Of a stretch of DNA of 64,000 nucleotides, positions 52,866 to 60,781 are shown in pieces (position 1 is the first letter of the stretch; each line of letters begins with the position of its first letter). Position numbers and translations under genes: made by a program. Origin of the DNA: an uncultured Bacillota bacterium. GTDB lineage: Bacteria; Bacillota; Clostridia; Christensenellales; UBA1242. The DNA is taken from positions 146,225-210,224 of the forward strand of contig CAMMDQ010000001.1 in assembly GCA_946495675.1 (NCBI GenBank), in the 5' to 3' direction. Under the pieces are notes generated by a model that had not been told where the DNA came from, ran no database searches, and saw only the letters and a program-made list of their open reading frames with translations.

Positions 52866-52923
52866 GGGAAAAAGCAAAACATGCTTTGGTTGTGGCAAAT
52901 TTGCAAAGAGAGTGAGGTTTTTA

Positions 52924-53165
52924 TGAAAGATGTTGAAAAAATGTTGGAAGGCAAGCTTGCATATTTGCAAGATTTGAAAGAAGAGCTTAATCTGCTTGAA
53001 AAAGAAAAACAGCAGCTTGTTTTGGCTTGCGAAAAATCAAAAGAAAACAGTAGAGAAAAACTTGAGCAGCAAATGGAAAAAAGCGAAAAGGATTATGTGC
53101 GATTGCTTGATGAGGCGAGAGTTGTGAAGAAGGAAATTGAAACTATAAAGAAAAAATATTGCTAA
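52924..53165 (+). CDS. Small coiled-coil hypothetical protein
   Basis: An open frame with heptad-like charged sequence (KLAYLQDLKEELNLLEKEKQQL). The start is ambiguous (52881 or 52924). No homology was recognised. Confidence 0.35.
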
Positions 53166-53230
53166 AAATCAAAAAAATTATAAAAACTTGAAAAATAACA
53201 GCTTAATTTGCAAAAAAACAGAAAATAACG

Positions 53231-53262
53231 AAAAAACCTGCCTGAACGCAGGTTTTTGTTTT
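53231..53262. terminator. Bidirectional terminator
   Basis: AAACCTGC/GCAGGTTT form the hairpin, flanked by A-runs and T-runs. Confidence 0.75.
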
Positions 53263-53279
53263 TAAATAATTTCTGTTTT

Positions 53280-55622
53280 TTACTTCCACTTCCAAAGAGC
53301 AACTTCTTTAATGTCTTTGCCGTTTTCAGTGATATATTTTTTGTGTTTTTTCAAAAGTGATAAAATTTTATTCTCAAAGGTTTTATCCTTAATGCCTAAA
53401 AGCTTTAAAGCATCAAGCACAAGGTGATATCTATCAATTTTGTTTTGCACTCTCATGTCAAAAGCTGTCGTTATGCTGCCTTCTTCATTATAGCCATGAA
53501 CTTGAAAATTGAAAGCTTGCCTTTGCGCCAACATGTCGTAAACAAATTTTGGATAACCATGAAAATTGAAAAGCACAGGTTTGTTTTTAGTGAAAAGTTT
53601 GAAGAATTCATTGTCGATCAATCCATGCGGATGAATAGAGTGTTTTTCAAGTTTCATTATGTCAACAATATTGACGAAGCGAATTTTAAGTTTTGGGAAG
53701 TTATCTTTCAAAATGCTTACAGCGGCAAGAGCTTCAACAGTTGGAGTGTCGCCAGCACAAGCGATAACAATGTCAGGATTTTGAGGCTTTACGCTTGCCC
53801 ATTCCCAGATCCCAATACCTTTGGCACAGTGTTGTTTTGCACTTTCATAGTCAAGCCACTGATAAGAAGGATGTTTTGATGCAATTATTGTATTTATATA
53901 GTTTTTGCTTTTTTGGCAGTGATCATAGCAAGAAAGCAAACAGTTAGCATCAGGTGGAAGATAAATTCTTACTATTTCCGACTTTTTGTTTGCAATATGA
54001 TCAATAAATCCAGGTTCCTGGTGGGTATAGCCGTTATGGTCTTGTTGCCACACATTTGATGTTAAGACAATATTTAGCGAGGAGATCGGCTTTCTCCATT
54101 CAAGGCTTGAGCAAACTTTAAGCCACTTAGCGTGTTGCGACACCATTGAATCAATCACTCGAGCAAAGGCTTCGTAGGTATGAAACATTCCATGTCTGCC
54201 TGTCAAGAGATAACCTTCAAGCCATCCTTCGCACATATGTTCACTTAAATACGAGTCCATTATTCTTCCGTCTTGAGCAAGAAGTTCGTCATTTGGCAAT
54301 ATTTTTGCGTTAAAATCTCGTTTTTGGCTGTCGAACATACCGTAAAGGCGGTTGCTCATTGCTTCATCAGGGCTGAAAACCCGGAAATTTTTTTCTTTAT
54401 CATTAAGGGTGAATATTTTGCCGATAAAGGTTCCAAGCACTTTCATGTCTTGGGCTTTAACTTGCCCCGGCTTATCCACTTTGACAGCAAAATCTTTCCA
54501 GTCTGGCATTTTTAGTTCTTTTAACAAATTTCCGCCATTGGCGTATGGGCTTGCACTGATTCTTTTGTCGCCAGTTGGCAGAATATTTTTAATTTCTGCC
54601 TTTAATTTGCCATTTCTGTCAAAATTTTCGTCTATATTATAACTTTTAAGCCAATTTTCTAGAATTTTTAAATCTTTTTCATCATTGATTTCAACAGGAA
54701 TTTGATGCGCCCGAAATGTGCCTTCAATTTGTTTTCCGTCAACCTCTTTTGGCCCCGTCCAGCCCTTTGGTGTTTGCAGAATTATCATTGGGTAGGTGGG
54801 AGCTGCTAAAATGTTTTTTTCTCTTGCACTTTGCCAAATCTGTTTTATATCAGCTATGCATTTATCCATTGCTTTTGCCATTTTTCTATGCATTTTTACA
54901 GGATCACTCCCTTCAACAAAGTAAGGCTTCCAGCCATAGCCCTCCATCAGTTTTTTTAATTGATTCCTTGGAATTCTCGCAAGAATGGTAGGATTGCTTA
55001 TTTTATAACCGTTCAGGTGCAAAATTGGCAAAACGGCACCGTCGTTTTTTGGATTTAAAAATTTGTTTGAATGCCATGAGGTCGCCAGCGGACCAGTTTC
55101 AGCTTCTCCATCTCCAACAATCACTGCACATATCAAGTTTTTGTTGTCAAAGACCGCTCCAAAGCCGTGGGCTAAGCTATATCCTAATTCGCCACCTTCA
55201 TGAATTGAGCCGGGAGTTTCTGGTGCGACATGGCTTGATACACCGCCAGGAAAGGAAAATTGTTTGCAAAGTTTTTTTAGTCCCTTTTCATCTTGAGTAA
55301 CATCGGGATAGACCTGGCTGTAGCGTCCTTCAAGATAAGAATTTGCAACAAAAAAGTTGCCGCCGTGTCCAGGACCTGAAATCAGCATCATATCAAGGTC
55401 ATATTTTTTTATCACTCGGTCAAGGTGTGCGTAAACAAAATTTTGCCCAGGCACCGTCCCCCAGTGTCCCACAACTTTTGATTTAACATCATTTATTGTC
55501 AAAGGTCTGCGAAGAAGGGGGTTGTCTTTAAGATAGAGCTGTGCAACAGATAGATAATTTGCACAATTAAAATATCTATTTAATAATTTGAAGTATTGAT
55601 TGCTTTGATAATAATTTTTCAT
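53280..55622 (-). CDS. xfp: Xylulose-5-phosphate/fructose-6-phosphate phosphoketolase
   Basis: The ~780-aa protein carries EGGELGYSL, GDGEAETGPLATSWH and TYEAF motifs. The start is taken at the second ATG (55622), 6 nt after GGAG. Confidence 0.9.
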   Translation of the reverse strand: MKNYYQSNQYFKLLNRYFNCANYLSVAQLYLKDNPLLRRPLTINDVKSKVVGHWGTVPGQNFVYAHLDRVIKKYDLDMMLISGPGHGGNFFVANSYLEGRYSQVYPDVTQDEKGLKKLCKQFSFPGGVSSHVAPETPGSIHEGGELGYSLAHGFGAVFDNKNLICAVIVGDGEAETGPLATSWHSNKFLNPKNDGAVLPILHLNGYKISNPTILARIPRNQLKKLMEGYGWKPYFVEGSDPVKMHRKMAKAMDKCIADIKQIWQSAREKNILAAPTYPMIILQTPKGWTGPKEVDGKQIEGTFRAHQIPVEINDEKDLKILENWLKSYNIDENFDRNGKLKAEIKNILPTGDKRISASPYANGGNLLKELKMPDWKDFAVKVDKPGQVKAQDMKVLGTFIGKIFTLNDKEKNFRVFSPDEAMSNRLYGMFDSQKRDFNAKILPNDELLAQDGRIMDSYLSEHMCEGWLEGYLLTGRHGMFHTYEAFARVIDSMVSQHAKWLKVCSSLEWRKPISSLNIVLTSNVWQQDHNGYTHQEPGFIDHIANKKSEIVRIYLPPDANCLLSCYDHCQKSKNYINTIIASKHPSYQWLDYESAKQHCAKGIGIWEWASVKPQNPDIVIACAGDTPTVEALAAVSILKDNFPKLKIRFVNIVDIMKLEKHSIHPHGLIDNEFFKLFTKNKPVLFNFHGYPKFVYDMLAQRQAFNFQVHGYNEEGSITTAFDMRVQNKIDRYHLVLDALKLLGIKDKTFENKILSLLKKHKKYITENGKDIKEVALWKWK

Positions 55623-55761
55623 ATTTTCTCCAATCATTAGTATAACACAACTATTTATTTTGATGAAATCATTTTACAAAATTTATTTTAGATCGATAAC
55701 TTGCTTTTTTCTCTATAAAACATAATTTGACAAAAAAATATTGCATTTTATGTTATTTTGA

Positions 55762-55790
55762 TTGACTAATTTGTTGTAAAAATTATAATA
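55762..55790 (+). promoter_or_regulatory. SigA-type promoter (distal)
   Basis: TTGACT, a 17-nt spacer, then TATAAT. Confidence 0.45.
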
Positions 55791-55825
55791 TTTCTTGTTG
55801 CGAGCAATCTTTTGTTAAATTATTC

Positions 55826-55854
55826 TTGAAATTTTTTTAAAATGATGATATAAT
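55826..55854 (+). promoter_or_regulatory. SigA-type promoter (proximal) upstream of the secG cluster
   Basis: TTGAAA, a 17-nt spacer, then TGaTATAAT. Confidence 0.5.
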
Positions 55855-55873
55855 CTTAGCTAAGAGGTTATAA

Positions 55874-56110
55874 ATGAATGTAAGTTTGCTTTGTGATTGG
55901 TTTCAAGATTGGGGGCTTGCGATAAGGCAAGGGCTTGGTCATACCGGCCTTATTGTTATGCTTGTTGTTTTGGGAAGTTTGGCTCTTTTAATTTCGTGGA
56001 ACATCTTAAAAGCTTCACTTGGCAAAACAAAAGTTAAAGTTTTATGGGGACAAATTTTTATCCTTGTCATTGTAGTTTTATTTATAGTCTGGTTTGCAAC
56101 TTTAGTTTAA
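55874..56110 (+). CDS. Small two-TM membrane protein (hypothetical)
   Basis: An AAGAGG RBS precedes the start. Two hydrophobic helices are present (GLIVMLVVLGSLALLI and IFILVIVVLFIVWFATLV). Confidence 0.5.
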   Translation: MNVSLLCDWFQDWGLAIRQGLGHTGLIVMLVVLGSLALLISWNILKASLGKTKVKVLWGQIFILVIVVLFIVWFATLV

Positions 56111-56120
56111 GGAGTGTTTT

Positions 56121-56447
56121 ATGTATAATTTTTCTTTACTTTTAGCTAGCGAAATTCAAAGCGATTTTTTGACAACATTTCTTCCTATTCTTAGATATGT
56201 TCTTTTTGGTTTGATCATTGCAAGTGCTATCGTTTTGATAATCACCACACTTATGCAATCAAATGATACAAACAGTGGACTGGATGCTTTTACAGGTGGC
56301 GGACAAGAAAGCTATTATGCTCAAAACAAAGGTGCATCTAGAGATGGCATTTTGAAAAAAATCACCATCGCCATGGCATGCATTGCATTTATCTGCACAA
56401 TTTTGTTCTTCTGCTCACTTCTTATCAATGCAGTTCCACAGTCTTAA
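56121..56447 (+). CDS. secG: Preprotein translocase subunit SecG
   Basis: The protein has two TM segments with the SecG-type loop LMQSNDTNSGLDAFTGGGQES. It occupies the conserved position upstream of rnr-smpB-ssrA. Confidence 0.75.
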   Translation: MYNFSLLLASEIQSDFLTTFLPILRYVLFGLIIASAIVLIITTLMQSNDTNSGLDAFTGGGQESYYAQNKGASRDGILKKITIAMACIAFICTILFFCSLLINAVPQS

Positions 56448-56455
56448 GGAGAAAA

Positions 56456-58534
56456 ATGCAAGTTAAAAAAAAGATATTAGAATTTTTAAACAAAGAGGGT
56501 TTGGCGTATTCAGGGCTGAACAATCTTTTTTCTTTTATCTCAAAAACTTATAATTTTCCTATTTCAGAAGTGAAACGAGAATTTGAAAAACTTGAAAAGG
56601 AAGGGCTTGTTTTTGAAATCAGAAAGGGCAAATTTATCACAATTCCTTCCTGCGGCTATGTCAAGGGAAAATTTATAGGCAATGCAAAAGGCTTTGGCTT
56701 TGTTCAAGCTCAAAACATGAACGATATTTTTATTCCTGCAAATATGACTATGAATGCACTTGACGGGGATGAAGTGATTGTCAAGGTTCTATCCAATGAC
56801 GGCGAAGATGCTGACGGGAAAATTGAAAAGATATATAAGCCGATTGACAAGATTGTTGGAGTGGTTGTTAAAGTTGGCAAAAGTCTGTTTTTAGAGCCCG
56901 ACAACAATCATATTCCCTTTAAAATCAAACTTATTGCCGGTCAAGGTTTTTGGGTGGACGACAGAGTGGTTGCTAAAGTTTTGCGAGATGGCAAAAATCC
57001 AAGAGCAAAGGTTGTTGAAAACCTTGGAAAGATCAGTGATGTAAAAAGTTGCGAGCTTGGCATAATAAGGCAATTTAATCTTTACGAGACCTTTCCTGAA
57101 AATGTGAACGAGGAGTGTAAAAAGATTCCTGATCATGTCTTGCCGGGTCAGAAGAAGGGAAGAATAGATTTTACAAAGGATGTAGTTTTTACCATAGATG
57201 GTGAAGATGCAAAGGATTTTGACGATGCAGTATCAATAAAAAAGAACGAAAAAGGTAACTTTTTATTGTCTGTTCATATTGCTGATGTTGGTCAGTATGT
57301 CAAATATTATAGCAGCCTTGATCAAGAAGCTTACAATCGAGGGACAAGCGTGTATTTTCCAACTTCCGTTTTACCAATGCTGCCAATCAAACTTTCAAAC
57401 GGCATTTGTTCTTTAAATGAAGGTGTTGAAAGACTGACGCTTTCTTGCATTATGGAAGTTGACAAAAATGGCACAGTTATTTCTCATCAAATCTGCGAGG
57501 GAGTGATCAAAAGTTGTGCAAGATTGACTTATACCGAAGTTTATGCCGCATTGCAAGGAAAAACAACTACGGCTAAGGCCAGCAAACTGAAGAAACATTT
57601 TCTTATGATGCTAGAGCTTTCAAAAATATTGCAAGAAAAACGAAAACGAGAGGGAAGCTTGGATTTTGAAATTCCTGAAGTTGAATTTGTGTTTGATCAA
57701 AATGGAATGGCAATCGACCTTAAAAATCGTGAAAGAAACGATGCTCACAGATTGATTGAAGACTTTATGGTGCTTGCAAATGAAACGGTTGCCAAAGAAT
57801 TTTTTGATAAAAAAATTCCTTTTGTTTATCGTGTGCATGAAAATCCAAAAAAAGAAAAGGTTTTGTCTGTAATAGACTTCTTTAAAGGTCTTGGTGTAAA
57901 AGTTCCGCAAATTCCTGAAGAGATTTCTCCAAAATTCTATCAGCAACTTTTGGCTTTGGTTGAAAACGAAACCTATCAAAAAACTGCTAACACTATCATT
58001 TTAAGGTCAATGCAAAAGGCAAAATATTCAAATGAGTGTTTGGGGCATTTTGGTCTTGGCTTGAAATTTTATTGCCATTTCACATCGCCAATCAGAAGAT
58101 ACCCAGATTTAACAATTCATAGAATTATCAAAGAAGCTTTGCATAAGAAAAATTTGACAAAATCAAGACTTGAAGAACTAGATGATTTTGCAATAAGTTC
58201 GTCAGAACAGTCAAGCCTTACTGAAAGAAATGCTGAAAAATGTGAAAGAGAGGTTGATGACCTTTGGAAAGCATATCTTATGAAAGACAGAATTGGGGAA
58301 GAATTTGAAGGGGTTATTTCTTCAGTGACAAACTTTGGTGTATTTGTTGAACTTGACAACACTGTCGAGGGGCTTATTAAAATCGAAGATTTGCCACCAG
58401 ATCAATATTTATTTTTTGAGCGTCAGCTTAAACTTAAAGGTCAAACACATTCATTCTCAATTGGTCAAAAGCTAAAAGTCAAACTTGCAAACGCAAATAT
58501 TTATACTCGCAAGATTGATTTTGTGCTTGCATAA
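56456..58534 (+). CDS. rnr: Ribonuclease R
   Basis: AAGGAG precedes the ATG at 56456; the ORF-track start at 56378 overlaps secG. The RNB domain carries DGEDAKDFDDAVS and FTSPIRRYPD. The C-terminal S1 domain carries GVISSVTNFGVFVEL. Confidence 0.92.
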   Translation: MQVKKKILEFLNKEGLAYSGLNNLFSFISKTYNFPISEVKREFEKLEKEGLVFEIRKGKFITIPSCGYVKGKFIGNAKGFGFVQAQNMNDIFIPANMTMNALDGDEVIVKVLSNDGEDADGKIEKIYKPIDKIVGVVVKVGKSLFLEPDNNHIPFKIKLIAGQGFWVDDRVVAKVLRDGKNPRAKVVENLGKISDVKSCELGIIRQFNLYETFPENVNEECKKIPDHVLPGQKKGRIDFTKDVVFTIDGEDAKDFDDAVSIKKNEKGNFLLSVHIADVGQYVKYYSSLDQEAYNRGTSVYFPTSVLPMLPIKLSNGICSLNEGVERLTLSCIMEVDKNGTVISHQICEGVIKSCARLTYTEVYAALQGKTTTAKASKLKKHFLMMLELSKILQEKRKREGSLDFEIPEVEFVFDQNGMAIDLKNRERNDAHRLIEDFMVLANETVAKEFFDKKIPFVYRVHENPKKEKVLSVIDFFKGLGVKVPQIPEEISPKFYQQLLALVENETYQKTANTIILRSMQKAKYSNECLGHFGLGLKFYCHFTSPIRRYPDLTIHRIIKEALHKKNLTKSRLEELDDFAISSSEQSSLTERNAEKCEREVDDLWKAYLMKDRIGEEFEGVISSVTNFGVFVELDNTVEGLIKIEDLPPDQYLFFERQLKLKGQTHSFSIGQKLKVKLANANIYTRKIDFVLA

Positions 58535-58565
58535 AGTTGAATTTTTAAATTAAAAATGCTAAAAT

Positions 58566-58630
58566 AGGCAAAAAAATATTGAAAAAATTGCAAAAAAGTC
58601 GAAAATTTTCAATAATTTTGCCTTTTTTTT
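58566..58630 (+). terminator. Long hairpin terminator after rnr
   Basis: The outer stem is AGGCAAAA/TTTTGCCT and the inner stem TATTGAAAA/TTTTCAATA, followed by T8. Confidence 0.65.
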
Positions 58631-58641
58631 AAAAAAGGGTA

Positions 58642-58670
58642 TTGAAATTGTGAAATAAACATGGTATAAT
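58642..58670 (+). promoter_or_regulatory. SigA-type promoter of smpB-ssrA
   Basis: TTGAAA, a 17-nt spacer, then TGgTATAAT. Confidence 0.55.
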
Positions 58671-58679
58671 GGAGGCGAG

Positions 58680-59120
58680 ATGAAGATACTTTATAACAAC
58701 AAAAAAGCTTACTACAATTTCTTCGTTTCAGACACTATCGAAGCAGGTATTGTTTTGAAGGGCAATGAAGTCAAGTCGGTGCTGGCAGGAAAAATTAATT
58801 TGGCGGATAGTTATGTTGTGATAAAAAACGGCGAAGCTATTTTGAAAAATTGCTATATCCCACCTTGGCAAAATCCTTCAAATTGGGTGGAAACAAGACC
58901 TGATCGAAAACTTCTTTTGCATAAAGAGGAGATACTTAAACTTGAGCGAAAAGTGCAAGAAAAAGGGTATGGCTTGGTACCAACCAAAGCATACTATAAT
59001 AAAGGGCTTGTTAAAATTGAAATCGCTCTTGCAAAAGGTAAAAAACTTTATGACAAAAGAGATGTCCTGAAAGAAAAGGCAGTCAAAAGGGACATCGAGC
59101 GTGAACTTAAAAACTATTAA
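58680..59120 (+). CDS. smpB: SsrA-binding protein SmpB
   Basis: The translation NKKAYYNFFVSDTIEAGIVLKGNEVKS...RKLLLHKEEI matches the SmpB pattern. The gene is adjacent to the tmRNA. Confidence 0.92.
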   Translation: MKILYNNKKAYYNFFVSDTIEAGIVLKGNEVKSVLAGKINLADSYVVIKNGEAILKNCYIPPWQNPSNWVETRPDRKLLLHKEEILKLERKVQEKGYGLVPTKAYYNKGLVKIEIALAKGKKLYDKRDVLKEKAVKRDIERELKNY

Positions 59121-59127
59121 CACCCTT

Positions 59128-59508
59128 GGGGGCGTTACTGGTTTCGACAGGAAGCGTTGGATAAAGCGTAAAGCATGTGGTAGTCGTCCATGCCTACCTA
59201 AAAATGGACAGCGAAAATAAACGCAAACAACGAAAATCGTTACGCTGCTGCAATAGCTGCCTAACAAACAATTTGTTCAACTATTTTGAACAGCTCAGGT
59301 TTTAATGTGGCTTATTAATTCTTGGGTTTTAAGTTTAGCCAAAATTCTGCTGTAAGTTTGCCTTTCTAGCTGCAGAAAAAACAAAAGGCTGGTCAAAATC
59401 GTTTGTTTATGGACTAAATTTTGACAAGATCGCAAACATAAACTAAACATGTAGAAAAACTTTGTTCAAGTTTTTTGGAAGCGGGTTCAAATCCCGCCGT
59501 CTCCACCA
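59128..59508 (+). ncRNA. ssrA: tmRNA (SsrA)
   Basis: The 5' end GGGGGCGTTACTGGTTTCGACAGG pairs with the 3' end ...GGTTCAAATCCCGCCGTCTCCACCA, with a G3:U pair. The tag ORF GCG AAA ATA AAC ... GCT GCC TAA (59211-59264) encodes AKINANNENRYAAAIAA. Confidence 0.92.
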
Positions 59509-59536
59509 AAAAAATTTAATTAAAAGGGGAAATATT

Positions 59537-60658
59537 ATGAGCACAGTTATTGTAACCGTTGTTGTTACACTCGGAATCATCATTGCAGGCGGATTTTTGA
59601 TCTATTTTCTTGGCGACCTGTTCATGAGCCTTGCAAGCCATGGTAAAAAAGATGATGAAGCAATCAAAGGAAAATCTAAGAGAGACAAACAAAAAGTTCA
59701 ATCAGTTTTGGCAGAAAAGTATCCTGAAGATGCTGAAAAAATCGAAAATGATCCTGATTATGCAGCAGTTGTTCTTTCTGGGGGGAAAGTTGAGTCTTAT
59801 GACCCAAATGAAGATCAAAAGGCTGAAGGGGTAGAAGAGCCTGAGGTTGATCATGAAATTGAAGAACCTTCAGAAGAAGTTGAGCCTGCTGTAGAATCTG
59901 CAGAAGAAATTGACGAAGAACAGGCAGAAAGAGAAAGAATTGAAAAGAGAAGACAAGAAATTCTTGAACGCATCAATCGTTTAAGCCAAGAAATGCAGGA
60001 CGAATCTGAGGAATCTGAAGCTGAAGAAGAGGTAGACCTTACTGAAGAGCCTTCAGAAGAGGAAAATGCCGAGGAGACTGAAGAAACTGAACAGACTGAA
60101 GAAACCGATGAAATTTCAGAAACAGAAGAAACTGAAAAAGAGGAAGAATCAATCGAAGGCGAAGAAGAAACTCCAGTTGAATCAACTGAAGTTGATGCAG
60201 GAGTAATTGGATATACTGTTTCAGAACTTGAAGAAATGTTGGCTAGCGAAAGAGAAGAGCTTAAAGCAAACGAGAAAGAACTTCGCAAATGCAAAAAAGA
60301 GTTTATACCACTTAGAAGAGTGAAGAAAACTTTGGAAAGAGATGAGAAAAAGCTTCGTAGAAAAGAAGTGCTCGTTGCAAAACAAAAAGTTGAACTTTAT
60401 GGCGTAAACAACATTGCAGATATTGATGAAGAAAAGGCTAAAAAACTTTCAGAAGACCTTGACCTTTATGATGGACTTAAACTTTCTGTTCAGCACTGCC
60501 AAGAAGTTATGGAAAAGAATGCAGAAAGATATCCTCTTCTCGAACAAATTTTCAACTTGCTCACAGCAAGAAACGGCGAGCTTAAATCTAGCATCGAGTC
60601 TCATGAAAAGATGCTGGCACAGCTTAACGGAACCAACACCGATGGTGAAGGTGAATAA
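59537..60658 (+). CDS. Membrane-anchored acidic (Glu-rich) coiled-coil protein, hypothetical
   Basis: AAGGGGA precedes the ATG at 59537. The N-terminal TM segment is VIVTVVVTLGIIIAGGFLIYFL, followed by a long Glu-rich segment. The ORF-track start at 59462 lies inside the tmRNA and is rejected. Confidence 0.6.
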   Translation: MSTVIVTVVVTLGIIIAGGFLIYFLGDLFMSLASHGKKDDEAIKGKSKRDKQKVQSVLAEKYPEDAEKIENDPDYAAVVLSGGKVESYDPNEDQKAEGVEEPEVDHEIEEPSEEVEPAVESAEEIDEEQAERERIEKRRQEILERINRLSQEMQDESEESEAEEEVDLTEEPSEEENAEETEETEQTEETDEISETEETEKEEESIEGEEETPVESTEVDAGVIGYTVSELEEMLASEREELKANEKELRKCKKEFIPLRRVKKTLERDEKKLRRKEVLVAKQKVELYGVNNIADIDEEKAKKLSEDLDLYDGLKLSVQHCQEVMEKNAERYPLLEQIFNLLTARNGELKSSIESHEKMLAQLNGTNTDGEGE

Positions 60659-60679
60659 TATTTCCTAAAAATATATACG

Positions 60680-60706
60680 AAAAAGTCCCTTTTGGGGCTT
60701 TTTTTG
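60680..60706 (+). terminator. Rho-independent terminator
   Basis: AAAGTCCC/GGGGCTTT form the stem around loop TTTT, followed by a T-run. Confidence 0.7.
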
Positions 60707-60733
60707 AAAATCTTTGCAAAATATATTTGATTC

Positions 60734-60762
60734 TTGACAAACAAGGCGATGTAGGTTATAAT
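60734..60762 (+). promoter_or_regulatory. Consensus SigA promoter
   Basis: TTGACA (60734-60739), a 17-nt spacer, then TATAAT (60757-60762). Confidence 0.6.
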
Positions 60763-60781
60763 TTTCAGTGTAGGAGAAGAA

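Noticed and set aside
56378-56455. An upstream extension of the rnr ORF.
   Set aside because: It overlaps the secG C-terminus. AAGGAG followed by an ATG at 56456 gives the expected RNase R N-terminus.
59462-59536. An ORF start at 59462 would extend the Glu-rich protein upstream.
   Set aside because: The extension overlaps the 3' tRNA-like domain of the tmRNA (which ends at 59508). An RBS plus ATG at 59537 gives a protein that starts with a TM helix.
59851-60294. A 147-aa Ser-rich antisense ORF lies inside the Glu-rich gene.
   Set aside because: It is the reverse-complement artefact of GAA/GAG-rich coding sequence.
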